DNA of 37,372 nucleotides from a virus. The notes beneath the pieces were generated by a model. The model had not been told where the DNA came from, did not search any database, and saw only the letters and a program-made list of their open reading frames with translations. The DNA is taken from the IMG/VR virus record IMGVR_UViG_3300009040_000001; one strand, written 5' to 3'. Numbering within the stretch: position 1 is the first letter of the stretch; each line of letters opens with the position of its first letter. The position numbers and the translations under genes are program-made. Of this stretch, positions 7,536-14,656 are shown in pieces.

Positions 7536-8047
7536 TGCTCCGCGTCTCGACGCCGGCGCCGATCATGGAGACCCTCGAGCTCGTGCGCGAGACGCGCGCG
7601 GGGCTGAAACCCTGGCAGCGCCGCGGCCTGGTGCTCCAAGTGCTCGGATCGCTCAGCGTCGCGTTCAGAATCGAGCACCGCCTCGTCGCCGCGGCCGGGT
7701 TCTTCCCCATAGAGCCGGAGGCGCCGGGCGAGGAGGCGGCCGAAATCTGGTTCCTCTGCCGGCCGGAGCTTGCGGGGCACCTGCGCACCTTCGTGCGGCT
7801 CGCCCGCTTAACCTGCGCGCGGGCCGCGCAGGATGGCACCGTGCGGTTGCGGGCCTTCGTCCGGCAGGGGCACGCGCCGGGCGCTCGCCTGGCCGTGCTC
7901 TGCGGCTTGGAGCTCCGGGACAGCCGCGCCGGGTTCGACCTGTGGGAATGGCGAGGCGATGGGTGGGTTCGTCAAGAAACTGTTCGGCGGCAAGACGGCC
8001 TCGGAGCGGAACGCGCTACGGGCCGCGGGCCAGCAGGCGCAGGATAA
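7535..8047 (+). CDS. Hypothetical protein with weak acetyltransferase-like (GNAT-fold-like) C-terminal pattern
   Basis: ATG overlaps the upstream stop (TGATG). EIWFLCRPELAGHLRTFVRLARL...LRAFVRQGHAPGARLAVLCGLEL resembles the GNAT beta4-alpha3-beta5 region. The last 89 nt overlap the next gene in another frame. Confidence 0.45.
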   Translation: MLRVSTPAPIMETLELVRETRAGLKPWQRRGLVLQVLGSLSVAFRIEHRLVAAAGFFPIEPEAPGEEAAEIWFLCRPELAGHLRTFVRLARLTCARAAQDGTVRLRAFVRQGHAPGARLAVLCGLELRDSRAGFDLWEWRGDGWVRQETVRRQDGLGAERATGRGPAGAG

Positions 8048-8204
8048 CCAGCGCATCCAGCAGATCACTCAGGCGCAGCAAATCCAGGCGCAGGGCCAGC
8101 AGGCCGCAGCCGCCGATAAGGGCCTGGCCGGCGCCCGCAAGGCCAACCGCGGCCGGCGCCTGCTGATGGACACCGGCAGCGACGGCAAGGCGACGCTCGG
8201 CTGA
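7959..8204 (+). CDS. Small Gln/Ala-rich protein (81 aa), possible analogue of T7 gp7.3
   Basis: MGGFVKKLFGGK...(Q/A-rich)...ARKANRGRRLLMDTGSDGKATLG. Lies directly upstream of the portal with a TGATG junction. T7 encodes the small virion protein gp7.3 at this position. The analogy is positional and compositional only. Confidence 0.5.
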   Translation: MGGFVKKLFGGKTASERNALRAAGQQAQDNQRIQQITQAQQIQAQGQQAAAADKGLAGARKANRGRRLLMDTGSDGKATLG

Positions 8205-9850
8205 TGGCCCGCAAGCCCAAGAAAGAGCGCGCCGAGCGCGCGAGCGCCCGCCGCCGCGAGCCGACCGCCGAGCCGGCCGCCCCCGGCTTCTCGCTGCAGA
8301 CGCACCGCACCCGGGTCGGCCGCGCGTGGACCAACCGGAGCATCTGGACCGGGCTCTACGAGGACGCCTACGAGTTCGCGATCCCCTACCGGCGCCCGGC
8401 GACGCGCACGGGCCAGGCCAGCGGCCGCGTCGACCGCATCTTCGACAACACGGCGATCGTGAGCACCTTCCGGTTCGCCGGCCAGTTGCAGAACGACCTG
8501 TTCCCACCGGGACAGCCCTTCTTCAAGCTGGCGCCCGGCCCCTTCGCGGAGATCACGCTCAAGGACGTCGACAAGGTGGAGCTCGCTCGCGAGCTCGAGG
8601 CGGTGAGCCGCACGGTGCAAGCGTTCTTCCTCTCCTCGGAGTGGGACAACGCGGTGCACGAAACCTGCGTGGACCTCGCCGCGGGCACGGGATGCATCCT
8701 GCTCGTCGAGGGCGACAAGGATCGCCCGGTGCGGTTCGTCAACGTGCCGCAGGATGAGGTCGCGATCGAGGCCGGTCCCTACAACGACCTGGCGCTGATC
8801 TCATGGAAGACGCGCCTCTCCCGCCGTCAGATCAGGGGCGCCTTCCCCAAGGGCGAGTACGACGAGCAGTTCGTCGAGGCCGAGCGCACCCAGCCCGACG
8901 AGGAGGTTGAAATCCACCAGGATTTCATCCGCGAGGGCAAGCGCTGGCGCTTCGTGGCGCATGTCGCCACCAGCGCCCGGCCGATCGTCGACACGCACAT
9001 GCGCTCGCAGCCCATGGCGGTGCCGCGCTACTTCCGCGTGCCCGGCGAGGCGTACGGCCGCGGCCCCGTCCTGCTGGCGCTCCCGACGATCCGCACCCTC
9101 AACAAGGCCATGGAGCTCACGCTCAAGAGCGCGGCGATCCAGATGCTCGGCATCTGGGGCTACCGGCCGGGCGGGGCCTTCAACCCCGACACCGCCCGGA
9201 TCGCTCCGGGTGCGTTCTGGGCGATGGGCGCCACCGGCGGCGTCCTCGGCGCCGACGTCACCCGCATGGACGTCTCGGCCGGCAAGATCGACGTCGGGCA
9301 CCTGATGTCGGGCGAGCTCCGGACCCAGGTGCAAGCCGCGCTGCACGACACGCAGCTCGCCCCTGAGAGCGGCACGCCCAAGAGCGCTACCGAGATCATG
9401 GCGCGGATGAAACGCATCTCCGAGAACTACATGGGGGCGTTCGGGCGCCTGGTGCATGAGATCGTGCCCGTCGTCGTCCGCCGCGCGATCGAGATCGCCT
9501 ACGACCTCCACCTGCTCGAGACGGAAACGCCCATCGACGATCTGCTCGTGCGGGTCGACGTGCTCTCGCCGATCGCCTCGGCGCTCCGCGCGCAGGCCCT
9601 CTCGACCATCGTCGAGTTCATCCAGCTCGTCGGCACGATCCGCGGCCCGCAGGCCGTCGAGCTGACCGTGAAGGTCGACGAGGCGCTGAAGGAAATCGGC
9701 CTCGGCATGGGCGTGCCCGCGCAATTCCTGCTCACCGCCGAGGAACGCGCGGCGCTCGAGGCGAAGATGCAGCAGGCGGCGGCCGCGATCGCGGCCGCGC
9801 AGGCCGGCCAGGCAGGGGAGGGCGCCGAGGCGGCGCCGGCAGCAGCGTGA
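8204..9850 (+). CDS. Portal protein, T7 gp8-like (head-to-tail connector)
   Basis: 548 aa. YFRVPGEAYGRGPVLLALPTIRTLNKAMELTLKSAAIQML parallels T7 gp8 LDGESYGRSYIEEYLGDLRSLENLQEAIVKMS (from memory). The C-terminal LLTAEERAALEAKMQQ parallels T7 LLTEEQKQQKMAQQ. Confidence 0.9.
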   Translation: MARKPKKERAERASARRREPTAEPAAPGFSLQTHRTRVGRAWTNRSIWTGLYEDAYEFAIPYRRPATRTGQASGRVDRIFDNTAIVSTFRFAGQLQNDLFPPGQPFFKLAPGPFAEITLKDVDKVELARELEAVSRTVQAFFLSSEWDNAVHETCVDLAAGTGCILLVEGDKDRPVRFVNVPQDEVAIEAGPYNDLALISWKTRLSRRQIRGAFPKGEYDEQFVEAERTQPDEEVEIHQDFIREGKRWRFVAHVATSARPIVDTHMRSQPMAVPRYFRVPGEAYGRGPVLLALPTIRTLNKAMELTLKSAAIQMLGIWGYRPGGAFNPDTARIAPGAFWAMGATGGVLGADVTRMDVSAGKIDVGHLMSGELRTQVQAALHDTQLAPESGTPKSATEIMARMKRISENYMGAFGRLVHEIVPVVVRRAIEIAYDLHLLETETPIDDLLVRVDVLSPIASALRAQALSTIVEFIQLVGTIRGPQAVELTVKVDEALKEIGLGMGVPAQFLLTAEERAALEAKMQQAAAAIAAAQAGQAGEGAEAAPAAA

Positions 9851-10233
9851 CGCAACCCGCGATCCCCCCGAGCTACGGCCCCCGCCAGGCGCAGCCCCTC
9901 GACCTCATCCTCGAGCAGCACGGGGCGGCCGACTGGGCCTGGTTCGACGGCCCCGATCCGAAGGACAAGCGCGGATCGTGGGAGGAACGGCTCGAGGAGC
10001 GCGCCGCCGGCGCCGCGGCCGCAGCCGCAGCCGTGATGGCGACCCCGGAGGGGCGCGAGCTCGTCGAATACCTGGCGGACATCACGGTCAGGCGCCCCCT
10101 GTTCGTGCTCGGGATGCCCGATCCGCTGCTCTACGCGGCAACCCGCGAAGGCCAGAACGGCCTGTTCTTCACCCTGCTCAAGCTCATCGCCATGGGCCGG
10201 CAGGAGCAAAGCCACGTCAGAGAGGGAACCTGA
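9847..10233 (+). CDS. Conserved phage protein (128 aa), possibly Bbp19-like
   Basis: GTG start overlaps the portal stop (GTGA). TPEGRELVEYLADIT...REGQNGLFFTLLKLI resembles, from memory, the small family found next to portals in BPP-1-like phages. Confidence 0.55.
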   Translation: MTQPAIPPSYGPRQAQPLDLILEQHGAADWAWFDGPDPKDKRGSWEERLEERAAGAAAAAAAVMATPEGRELVEYLADITVRRPLFVLGMPDPLLYAATREGQNGLFFTLLKLIAMGRQEQSHVREGT

Positions 10234-10234
10234 C

Positions 10235-11080
10235 ATGAACTTCGGCCGACGCCTCGATTTCCACCCCATGCGCGCGCCCGAGGACGGCGCGGGCGCCGCT
10301 GCACCGGCCGGATCGCCCGATCCCGGCGGCGCTGGCGGGCAGGCCACCGGCGGGGAGGGTAGTCCCTCACCCTACCGGCCGGAGGGCCTGCCCGACCACC
10401 TGTACGGCGCCAGCGATCGCGAGACGCTCGACAAGGTGTTCGGGGCCTACAAGCCCGCCCGCGAGGCGATCGCGCGGATGGGCGAGCTCGGCGAGCTGCC
10501 GAAGGACGCCGGCGGCTACAAGTTCGAGCCCTCGGACAAGCTCAAGCCCTACCTCGGCGACCTCGAGGCCGATCCGGTGTTCAAGCTGGCGCGCGAGGCC
10601 GCCCTCAAGAGCGGCATCCGCGAGAAGCAATTCGGCCCGTTCATCGGGGCCGTCATGGAAGCGATGATCGACGGCGAAATGGTGCAGCCGCCCGTCGACC
10701 TGGCGGCCGAGAAGGCGGCGCTCGTGCCGGACGAGGCCAAGGCGCTCGACGAGAACGCTCGCAACGCCGCCGTCGACCGGCGGGTGCGCGACAACCACGC
10801 CATGCTCGAGGCGTGGAAGGCGCGCGGCCTCTCGGCGGACAGCGCCGAGGCGCTTGGCCTGACCCTCGACACCGCTGCCGGCAACCGCGCGATCGAGTGG
10901 TTCGCCGCGCAGATGAAGACGCCGCAGCCCTCGCCGGGCGGCGCGCCGGCCGGAAGCTTCAACAAGGCCGACGTCGAGGCGCGGTCCCGCGATCCGCGGG
11001 GGATCGTCGGCAATGCGAAGTACGACCCGACCTTCGCGGCCGAGACCGACCGCATGTGGCAGACGCTCTACCCGAACTGA
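10235..11080 (+). CDS. Putative scaffolding protein
   Basis: 281 aa, acidic, predicted largely helical, with a Gly/Pro-rich N-terminus. Lies between portal and capsid as T7 gp9 does. Positional call. Confidence 0.55.
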   Translation: MNFGRRLDFHPMRAPEDGAGAAAPAGSPDPGGAGGQATGGEGSPSPYRPEGLPDHLYGASDRETLDKVFGAYKPAREAIARMGELGELPKDAGGYKFEPSDKLKPYLGDLEADPVFKLAREAALKSGIREKQFGPFIGAVMEAMIDGEMVQPPVDLAAEKAALVPDEAKALDENARNAAVDRRVRDNHAMLEAWKARGLSADSAEALGLTLDTAAGNRAIEWFAAQMKTPQPSPGGAPAGSFNKADVEARSRDPRGIVGNAKYDPTFAAETDRMWQTLYPN

Positions 11081-11091
11081 GGCGCGGGATC

Positions 11092-12624
11092 ATGGCATAC
11101 CGGCACCGCTCCGTCGTCCGCACCGGCCAGGCGCCCGTTCCCGGCGGCGGCGTGGTGTCGGCCTACCTGTACCCGACCAACGACGCGGCCGCCGTCGTCG
11201 AGGCGCCGAACTACTTCAACGACCCGCGCTTCCGCGTCGGCGACATGATCGAGGCGGTGGTCGACCGGCTCAACACGCCCAAGGTCAAGCACTACCTCAT
11301 CTCGAGCGTCGCCGCCGGCGCCATCGCCGTGTCGCTCCTCGCGGGATGGGCGCTCGAGCAGGCGGCCTTCGACATCGACTTCGCCAACGACCGGGCCGTG
11401 AGCAACGGGGCGCTCCTCGCGTCGTCCGGCGACGGGCTGACCTTCACCCGCAACAGCGTCAAGCTGATGGACGACTTGTCGGGCACCTACGGCTCGGTGG
11501 GCGTCAACGTCCGCGGCCGGACGAACAAGGGCGCGCTGTACGAGCCGGCGAGCACCAACGTCCTGACCAACAGCGGCATGGCGGGCGCCGCGGCCGGCTC
11601 GCCGGGCACGATGCCCAATGCTTGGATCCCCGCGAACACGCTCGCGACGGCCTTCTCGGCCTCGGGCATCACCTTCAACGTCGTTTCGGTGTTTCAGGAG
11701 CGGGGGCTCGACTTCATCCGCATCCGCCTAACGACGGGCGCGGGCACGACCACAGGGGCGGCCTCGCAGTTCATCCTGCACGAGAACGCAGCCTCGGCCG
11801 CGGCGCAGAACCAATCTTGGACCGGCAGCGCCTTCCTGCGCGTGGCGGGCGGGTCTACCGCCGGCTTCTCCGTCGTCGGGCTCCGCTCGCGCAGTCTGGC
11901 GACAACGGGCGCACAGACGAGCAGCGTTCAGAACGACTATAAGTCAATACTGAACGGCAACATTCAACGTTTGTCGATTTATAACACTGTCCCCGCCGAC
12001 GCGGCGCTTGTAACCGACCGTCTGCAGCAGGGCATTCAGCTCAACTGGCCGAGCGGCGTTGCCATCGAACTGACACTCGACATCGGAACGCCGCAGCTCG
12101 AGCGCGACCGACTTTCGAGCCCGATCCGCACGACGACGGGAGGTCTACCTCGCAGCGCAGATAGCGACACCGCTACTCTGTCGTCCGCTCTCACGTCGGC
12201 AACGTTCTGCGGCGTGTTCCGACCGCTCGACCTGCTCGAGGGCGGCACGCTGGTGCGCCTCGGCACGTCGAGCGATTGCCTGATCCTGCGCATCCATTCG
12301 ACCGACCGGACGCGCCTGCAGGCGTACTCCATTGTGGGTGGCGTGGCGCAAGGCAGCGCCGCAACTGCGGTCGGCAGTCTCGCGTCCGACACCCGGTACG
12401 CCTTCGCCGTCTCCTACGCTCCCGGCCGGATTGCCCTCAGCCTCAACGGCGGGGCCGTCGTCGCCGCGACGCCGGCCGCCATGCCCGCCGGTATGTCGGC
12501 CCTGGCGGTGGGCGGCGGCGCCTTCCCGGTCAACGGCTACATCGAGCGCCTGGCCTGCCAGCCCTTCGCCGTGTCGGACGCCGAGCTGCAGCGCCTCGCC
12601 ACGCTCGCGACCTACGGCGGTTGA
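11092..12624 (+). CDS. Fibre-like structural protein: N-terminal domain paralogous to the 13710 gene product plus a C-terminal LamG/concanavalin-like domain
   Basis: 510 aa from ATG 11092. The C-terminus (...RYAFAVSYAPGRIALSLNGGAVV...VGGGAFPVNGYIERLACQPFAVSDAELQRLAT) fits the LamG jelly-roll pattern. N-terminal residues 1-83 align without gaps to the 89-aa protein at 13710. Confidence 0.7.
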   Translation: MAYRHRSVVRTGQAPVPGGGVVSAYLYPTNDAAAVVEAPNYFNDPRFRVGDMIEAVVDRLNTPKVKHYLISSVAAGAIAVSLLAGWALEQAAFDIDFANDRAVSNGALLASSGDGLTFTRNSVKLMDDLSGTYGSVGVNVRGRTNKGALYEPASTNVLTNSGMAGAAAGSPGTMPNAWIPANTLATAFSASGITFNVVSVFQERGLDFIRIRLTTGAGTTTGAASQFILHENAASAAAQNQSWTGSAFLRVAGGSTAGFSVVGLRSRSLATTGAQTSSVQNDYKSILNGNIQRLSIYNTVPADAALVTDRLQQGIQLNWPSGVAIELTLDIGTPQLERDRLSSPIRTTTGGLPRSADSDTATLSSALTSATFCGVFRPLDLLEGGTLVRLGTSSDCLILRIHSTDRTRLQAYSIVGGVAQGSAATAVGSLASDTRYAFAVSYAPGRIALSLNGGAVVAATPAAMPAGMSALAVGGGAFPVNGYIERLACQPFAVSDAELQRLATLATYGG

Positions 12625-12784
12625 CCCGCCGCGCTTAACGCGCCCGCGGCCGCGCGAGAGTGTGGCCGTATCCGCGGGACAGACCCCGGCGACGCGGCCG
12701 CCCTTCGAGCCCATGCTCGGACCGGCCTGCAGCCTGGCACTCGGCCCGACGTGAGACACCATCCTCACATCGAGAGCCAGGAAC

Positions 12785-13648
12785 ATGACCAGTCGCGCAC
12801 CGCAGTGGTTCGAACAGAAGTACATGTCCGGCGTGATCCACGTCATTCAGGACGAGGGATATCGCCTCAAGGGCTGCGTCAACGAGACCGGCGAGGTGAA
12901 AGGCAATCAGGTCACGTGGAAGTTGGCCGGCGCCGGTCAGGCGACCATCATGTCGACCGCCATCGAGGAGCGGCCGGTCATGAACGCCGACCGCGCGACC
13001 GTCAGCGCCACCATGGTCGACTACGAGGCCAACGAGTGGGTGCTCACCACCGACATCGAGAAGATGTCGCAGAACGAGCAGCAGGTGGCGCAGCAGACCG
13101 GCGCCTACGCCTTCGGCCGCCTGTTCGACAATCTGAACATCGCCACCCTCGACGCCGCCGCCGGCGCCATCGAGACGATCGACGTCTCGGCCAACGCCGC
13201 GCCGAGCGTGGTCGACACGATCACGGCCTCGGGGCGTATCCTGAGCCAGGGCTTTACGGCGGCGCCGGAGCTCTACTGTGCCCTGCCGCAGATGAACATG
13301 CTGCAGCTCGAGATGTACCGCGAGTTCTCGTCGGCCGACTACGTGGGCGACCGGCCGATGCTCAAGCTGATCGGCGCCCGTACCTACAAGGGCGTGACGT
13401 ACATCCCCCTGCCTGACAGCCAGTTCTCCGTCCCGAGCGCCGGCAACGTCGACTATTACGTCTGGCAGAAGACGGCCCTTGGCTTCGTGCCGAACTACGC
13501 CCTCAAATCGCGCATCGACTACGTGCCGACCAAGAAGGCGTACTTCGCCGCCAACACCATGGGCTGCGCCACCGCCCTGCTGCTGCCCGGCGGCGTCCGG
13601 CGCATCCGGTCGAAGCTGCCGACCACGCTCACCCGCCCGACCCCCTGA
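12785..13648 (+). CDS. Major capsid protein (HK97-fold, podovirus capsid_2-like pattern)
   Basis: 287 aa. WFEQKYMSGVIHVIQDEGYRLKG...GNQVTWKLAGAGQA...RPVMNADRATVSATMVDYEANEWV...AYAFGRLFDNL matches the capsid family pattern as I recall it. SD aggaa. Followed by a strong hairpin. Confidence 0.8.
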   Translation: MTSRAPQWFEQKYMSGVIHVIQDEGYRLKGCVNETGEVKGNQVTWKLAGAGQATIMSTAIEERPVMNADRATVSATMVDYEANEWVLTTDIEKMSQNEQQVAQQTGAYAFGRLFDNLNIATLDAAAGAIETIDVSANAAPSVVDTITASGRILSQGFTAAPELYCALPQMNMLQLEMYREFSSADYVGDRPMLKLIGARTYKGVTYIPLPDSQFSVPSAGNVDYYVWQKTALGFVPNYALKSRIDYVPTKKAYFAANTMGCATALLLPGGVRRIRSKLPTTLTRPTP

Positions 13649-13655
13649 CCGTCAC

Positions 13656-13678
13656 CCCGCGCGCCGCCGGCGCGCGGG
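13656..13678 (+). terminator. 10-bp GC hairpin immediately after the capsid gene (possible partial terminator or RNA-stabilising element)
   Basis: CCCGCGCGCC-gcc-GGCGCGCGGG, followed by ccttcgtgctct. Same position as T7 T-phi after gene 10. Confidence 0.4.
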
Positions 13679-13709
13679 CCTTCGTGCTCTCCCGAAACCA
13701 GAGGTTCCC

Positions 13710-13979
13710 ATGGCCTACGATCCCAAGGCGCTGGTGCGCGTCTCGCAGGCGGCGGTCGCCGCCGGCGACATGTGCTCGAAGTACATCTATGCCACGGCCG
13801 ATGCCGCCGCCGTCGTCGAGGCGGCCGCCTACGCCACCGACAAGCGCCTCAAGAAGGGCGACATCATCGAGGCCAGCATGGCCCGCGGCGGCACGCCCGT
13901 GACCAAGACCTACGTCGTCACCGCCGTGTCCGCCCTCGGCGTCCCGACCCTCGCGCTGCAGTCCACCGCGGCCGGCTGA
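13710..13979 (+). CDS. Small structural protein (89 aa), stand-alone copy of the fibre N-terminal domain; possible decoration or docking protein
   Basis: SD agagg. MAYDPKALVRVSQ...KYIYATADAAAVVEAAAYATDKRLKKGDIIEA aligns with MAYRHRSVVRTGQ...AYLYPTNDAAAVVEAPNYFNDPRFRVGDMIEA of the 11092 gene. Confidence 0.7.
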   Translation: MAYDPKALVRVSQAAVAAGDMCSKYIYATADAAAVVEAAAYATDKRLKKGDIIEASMARGGTPVTKTYVVTAVSALGVPTLALQSTAAG

Positions 13980-13989
13980 CGCCGCCACC

Positions 13990-14013
13990 GGCCCGGCGCG
14001 CCCGCGCCGGGCC
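13990..14013 (+). terminator. GC hairpin after the 89-aa gene
   Basis: GGCCCGGCGCG-cc-CGCGCCGGGCC. No U-tract. Confidence 0.3.
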
Positions 14014-14032
14014 TCTCCACGCGCGAGGGGCC

Positions 14033-14656
14033 ATGTCGACACAGGACACGCTCAAGACGGTCAACGAGGCGCTGGCCCGGCTGGGCTCGGCGCCGATCGC
14101 CGCGCTCGACGAGGAGACGCCCAAGGCCGCCAAGGTGGCGCAAATCTACCCGACCGTGGTCGGCGCGGCCTTCGCCTGCCACCGCTGGAACTGGGCGCGC
14201 CGCACCGCCCGCCTCGACCGCCTCGCCGTCACGCCGGAGACGGGCTGGCGCTACGCCTACGCGCTGCCCGGCGACCGGATCGGCGAGCCCGTCAAGGTCA
14301 TGTCGAACCCGCGGGCGCCCGACTATCCCCTGCGCGCCTTCGCCCTCGAGGGCGACGAGCTGCACGCCGACGAGCTCGCCGTGTGGGCGACCTTCGTGCG
14401 CTCCGTCGAGCCCGAGCAGTGGCCCGCGCTGTTTCGCGCCGCGATCGTGGTCGCGCTCGCCGCCGACCTCGCGGTGCCGCTGACGCACGACGTCACCCTG
14501 AAACAGCAGCTCGCGCAGGATGCCTGGGGTACGCCGTCCGAGGGCGGCCGCGGCGGCCTGATGGGCCGCGCGATGGCGGTCGACGCCTCGGCGCAGCCCG
14601 GCAGCACGGTCCTGGCCCGCGATCCGCTCACGGACGCTTGGCACGGGGCCTACTGA
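14033..14656 (+). CDS. Tail tubular protein A / adaptor, T7 gp11-like
   Basis: 207 aa. TLKTVNEALARLGSAPIAALDEETPKAAKVAQIYPTVVGAAFACHRWNWA parallels the T7 gp11 N-terminus ([20 protein letters not shown]...RGWTFN, from memory). Confidence 0.8.
   Translation: MSTQDTLKTVNEALARLGSAPIAALDEETPKAAKVAQIYPTVVGAAFACHRWNWARRTARLDRLAVTPETGWRYAYALPGDRIGEPVKVMSNPRAPDYPLRAFALEGDELHADELAVWATFVRSVEPEQWPALFRAAIVVALAADLAVPLTHDVTLKQQLAQDAWGTPSEGGRGGLMGRAMAVDASAQPGSTVLARDPLTDAWHGAY

Noticed and set aside
13479-13979. A programmed +1 frameshift fusing the capsid protein to the downstream 89-aa domain, because the frame of the small gene is open back to 13479 and overlaps the capsid 3' end (analogous to T7 10A/10B).
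   Set aside because: I saw no slippery heptamer. The T7 precedent is -1, not +1. The small gene has its own SD and ATG after a strong hairpin. Long open frames are common by chance at this GC content.
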